Part shown: one piece after another, positions 61,592 to 64,000 of the stretch
How positions within the stretch are numbered: the stretch's first letter is position 1
Layout of the letters: the number at the start of each line of letters is the position of its first letter
NCBI GenBank assembly: GCA_036172245.1
Contig: JAYWIR010000001.1
Location: 310,001 to 374,000 of the forward strand
DNA: 64,000 nucleotides
Direction: 5' to 3'
Origin: Raillietiella orientalis
Taxonomy: Eukaryota
The notes under the pieces: model-generated
Told to the model about the DNA's origin: nothing
Seen by the model: the letters and a program-made list of their open reading frames with translations, nothing else
The model's database searches: none
Position numbers and translations under genes: made by a program

Positions 61592-63289
61592 GCTGCTTGA
61601 TGGTCTTGTAGCGACTTCTTACTGCGACGACAAGAGTCTGTAGCGTTCGATGCCTCCAACGTGCACTGAGAAGTTCGATTTGCGAGCAGCGACATACCCA
61701 TGTGTAGGACAAGTTGGTCGAGGACGAGGACTAGTAACCTCCGGCGCAACATCTGGGAACTGTGAAAGAAGCTGTCGGCTCTCCAGTCACGAATAGGAAA
61801 AGGTGGCTTCCAGGATGGGATCGAGGCCACCACTCTTGCTCGAGCTGACAGTCGGATCGATAGTCCGAGTAGTCGTGCCTCTTTCGGAGGTTTTCAATCG
61901 TTGTTCCATTTTCTCTAAGCAGGTGACCTTGTCCACGAAAGGCAGTCGAGATCTGGAACTCAGTGCAAAGCAGGCACGAGATATAACTGTCCCCCGTGGA
62001 CGAGGAAACTCAGTTTTCCACTGACATGAGGATCCATTGTCTTTCTCTGGTGGGACGGCCGGAGGAAGGTTGTACTTTCCAGTTTCCTCGAACTCTTCCG
62101 GGGGGGGGGGGAGGTTTGACAGGATGTAACGTTCGCCATCTTCCTTCACTGTATCGCGGAAAACGAGCGAGAGCTCCGGAAGTCCGAATTCGAGAATTTG
62201 AGAGAGTTTTGTTGTTTACGAATATGCGGTTCTTGGAGAGAAATTCAACCATGAAACGTGAAAAGAATCGGTTTTTGCTTCTCACCCCTTATTCTTCCCT
62301 GTTCTTAGCCTCTTGGTTCCTTTGGCTTTTTCTTCATGCTTTTTCTTACTTTACCTTTCCTTTTTTCGCGGGTATTTTCAAGAGGTTTCGTATCTCCGTG
62401 CATGACTCGTGCGCGGACGGCAATGAGACTCGTGGTAACGCAGCCGGTTTGACAAGCAACCCTTTTCACATCTTGGCAAGCAGCTCTGAGGGAATGACAC
62501 CATTGCAATTGTGACACTTGTGATCCGCTTCTTTCGTACTGTTGCATGGCTTATTTTCTGTAAGATTCCTTCAGCCTTACAACGCGTTCCCATTGAAAAC
62601 CAACGTTCTCCAAACACGCCTGCCCGGGTTACCGCTTCAGGAAGAAATTTGAAACTGAATTTTACACGGGACGAAGGACGAAGTGCAACCACTTTCTTTC
62701 TTATGACAACATTGAATAGCGACCTTGAGTTACTACTGTAGGTAAGCATTGAAATTCCTTGTTCCTGCATCTGCTCATAGTCCACCGCAGAGTGTTGGTT
62801 CTCTTCATCAGGACGCAGGTGCTTCCCTGTTCATGCTGAAGACACGTTGACGATCTGATGACATCACAGGGTTGTCAGTGTTATTCTGCAGGTGAACCAC
62901 ATTGCAGTTTCGTACTCTCGTTGCACACCTTTGGTGCTCCCACTCTGAGCTCTCTCTCTGGGACTGGAACGAGGGCACAGTATTTCCGTTCCGATAATGA
63001 AGGTATAAAGAAATAAAATGGCTATTCTGGCCACAACGCGCACGAGTGGGCTCGATGAGAAGAAAGAAAACCAACTTTCCGTATAGATGTCTGCACGCCT
63101 TGAACAAGACAAGAAACCTGCCAAGGAAGTGATCTGGATCGCGTGAATCGCAAACAAGAAAAGGACTAGTTTTCTGTGGACTGTGGATCACCAACAGTTG
63201 CATCACGCACCGTCTTCGATCCTTGAAAAAGGCCTTTGTCGTTGGAAGGCAGAGACCACGGGCATTTGTGCTAAGATAGCGGACACGCT

Positions 63290-64000
63290 ACGGCGCACGG
63301 ATTGCAATCGACTGTTCAGCCCACAGTTTTGCCAGCAAATTGATGTCCGCATTGATAACGGTAACGGGACTTCGGCTGATAATATCCTCCAAGTCTCCTC
63401 TCTTGAGGAGAAAAAGCACATTAGCTGATCGGGATGAGGCAGGCACGTCGCCAGTAGCGAACCAGCGAGGATCAGTCTCCTGAATTAGAGAGGTTGAGCG
63501 CAACACCAAGGGGGTCGGTCCCGCAGCAAAGCACTTGTAAAACTCCGCAGGATAGCCACCCCCACTTTGTGCTCTCCGTCACTTAAGACTCCCGATGGCG
63601 GTGATTATCTCACACATAGTAAAAGGCTCGTCGAGGCTTCCCGTCTGTTTCTTCACTATCGCTGGAGCACCCTGTGGCGTCAAACGTCCTGAGATACGCC
63701 ATTTTCAAGAGACACTGGCATAAAGAGAGAAGCAAAATTTGCACCCATCTGCTAAGATTGAAACAGGAATGGATAAAAGATCTGCAATCCTATTCAAACA
63801 TTGTACGAAATCGATCACTGAAAATTTCCTTTGCAGCCATGGAAACACTGCAAGCAAAATACAGTATTTACTGCCGCTGGAGGGCTCAAGAAACGGTAGA
63901 TTTAACGGAAACATCGCTAAATGGGCAACCCTACGAGCGAAGTCGAAAGCAGCCCTGTTCCGATTGAACATCTGAAGTGGCTCCCGGTGCTGATGAACAC
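63290..64000 (-). mobile_element. Decayed L1/Tx1-type LINE ORF2, N-terminal RT region
   Basis: Minus translation SLDEPFTMCEIITAIGSLK*...GYPAEFYKCF...GDVPASSRSANVLFLLKRGDLEDIISRSPVTVINADINLLAK resembles the non-LTR RT PGPDG-PAEFYK / PKKGD-NYRPISLLN-DYKILAK pattern. Contains stops. Confidence 0.8.

Larger units (their letters stand above)
60200..62100 (-). mobile_element. Decayed LINE RT core and downstream region
   Basis: Frameshifted remnants occur in the expected order: YKTIK, FSRMLKL, GVPGD, GILGFYFG, LDQW...LYLRGK. Boundaries are approximate. Confidence 0.55.

Overview
Eukaryotic (invertebrate-animal-like) genomic DNA containing two convergent, spliced protein-coding genes that I assembled by hand. 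The first is a Rap1 GTPase-activating protein on + (11 exons, 11573-30299, 607 aa, first exon uncertain). The second is inositol polyphosphate 1-phosphatase on - (6 exons, 56839-41455, 378 aa). Most other DNA is intron or intergenic sequence packed with heavily decayed L1/Tx1-type non-LTR retrotransposon fragments. Nearly all long ORFs in the supplied track are artefacts of very GC/CpG-rich, stop-poor sequence. Most notable observations: (1) two 5'-end fragments of U2 snRNA embedded on the same strand in a decayed LINE cluster, one ending at the GTGTAG branch-site recognition sequence; (2) a LINE 3' UTR present in two copies whose stem-loops show compensatory changes; (3) an AT-rich foldback-like island with a ~94 bp inverted repeat; (4) a TTAA-flanked piggyBac-like MITE; (5) a CpG-rich to CpG-poor domain switch inside INPP1. 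No CRISPR array, rRNA or intact tRNA was found.
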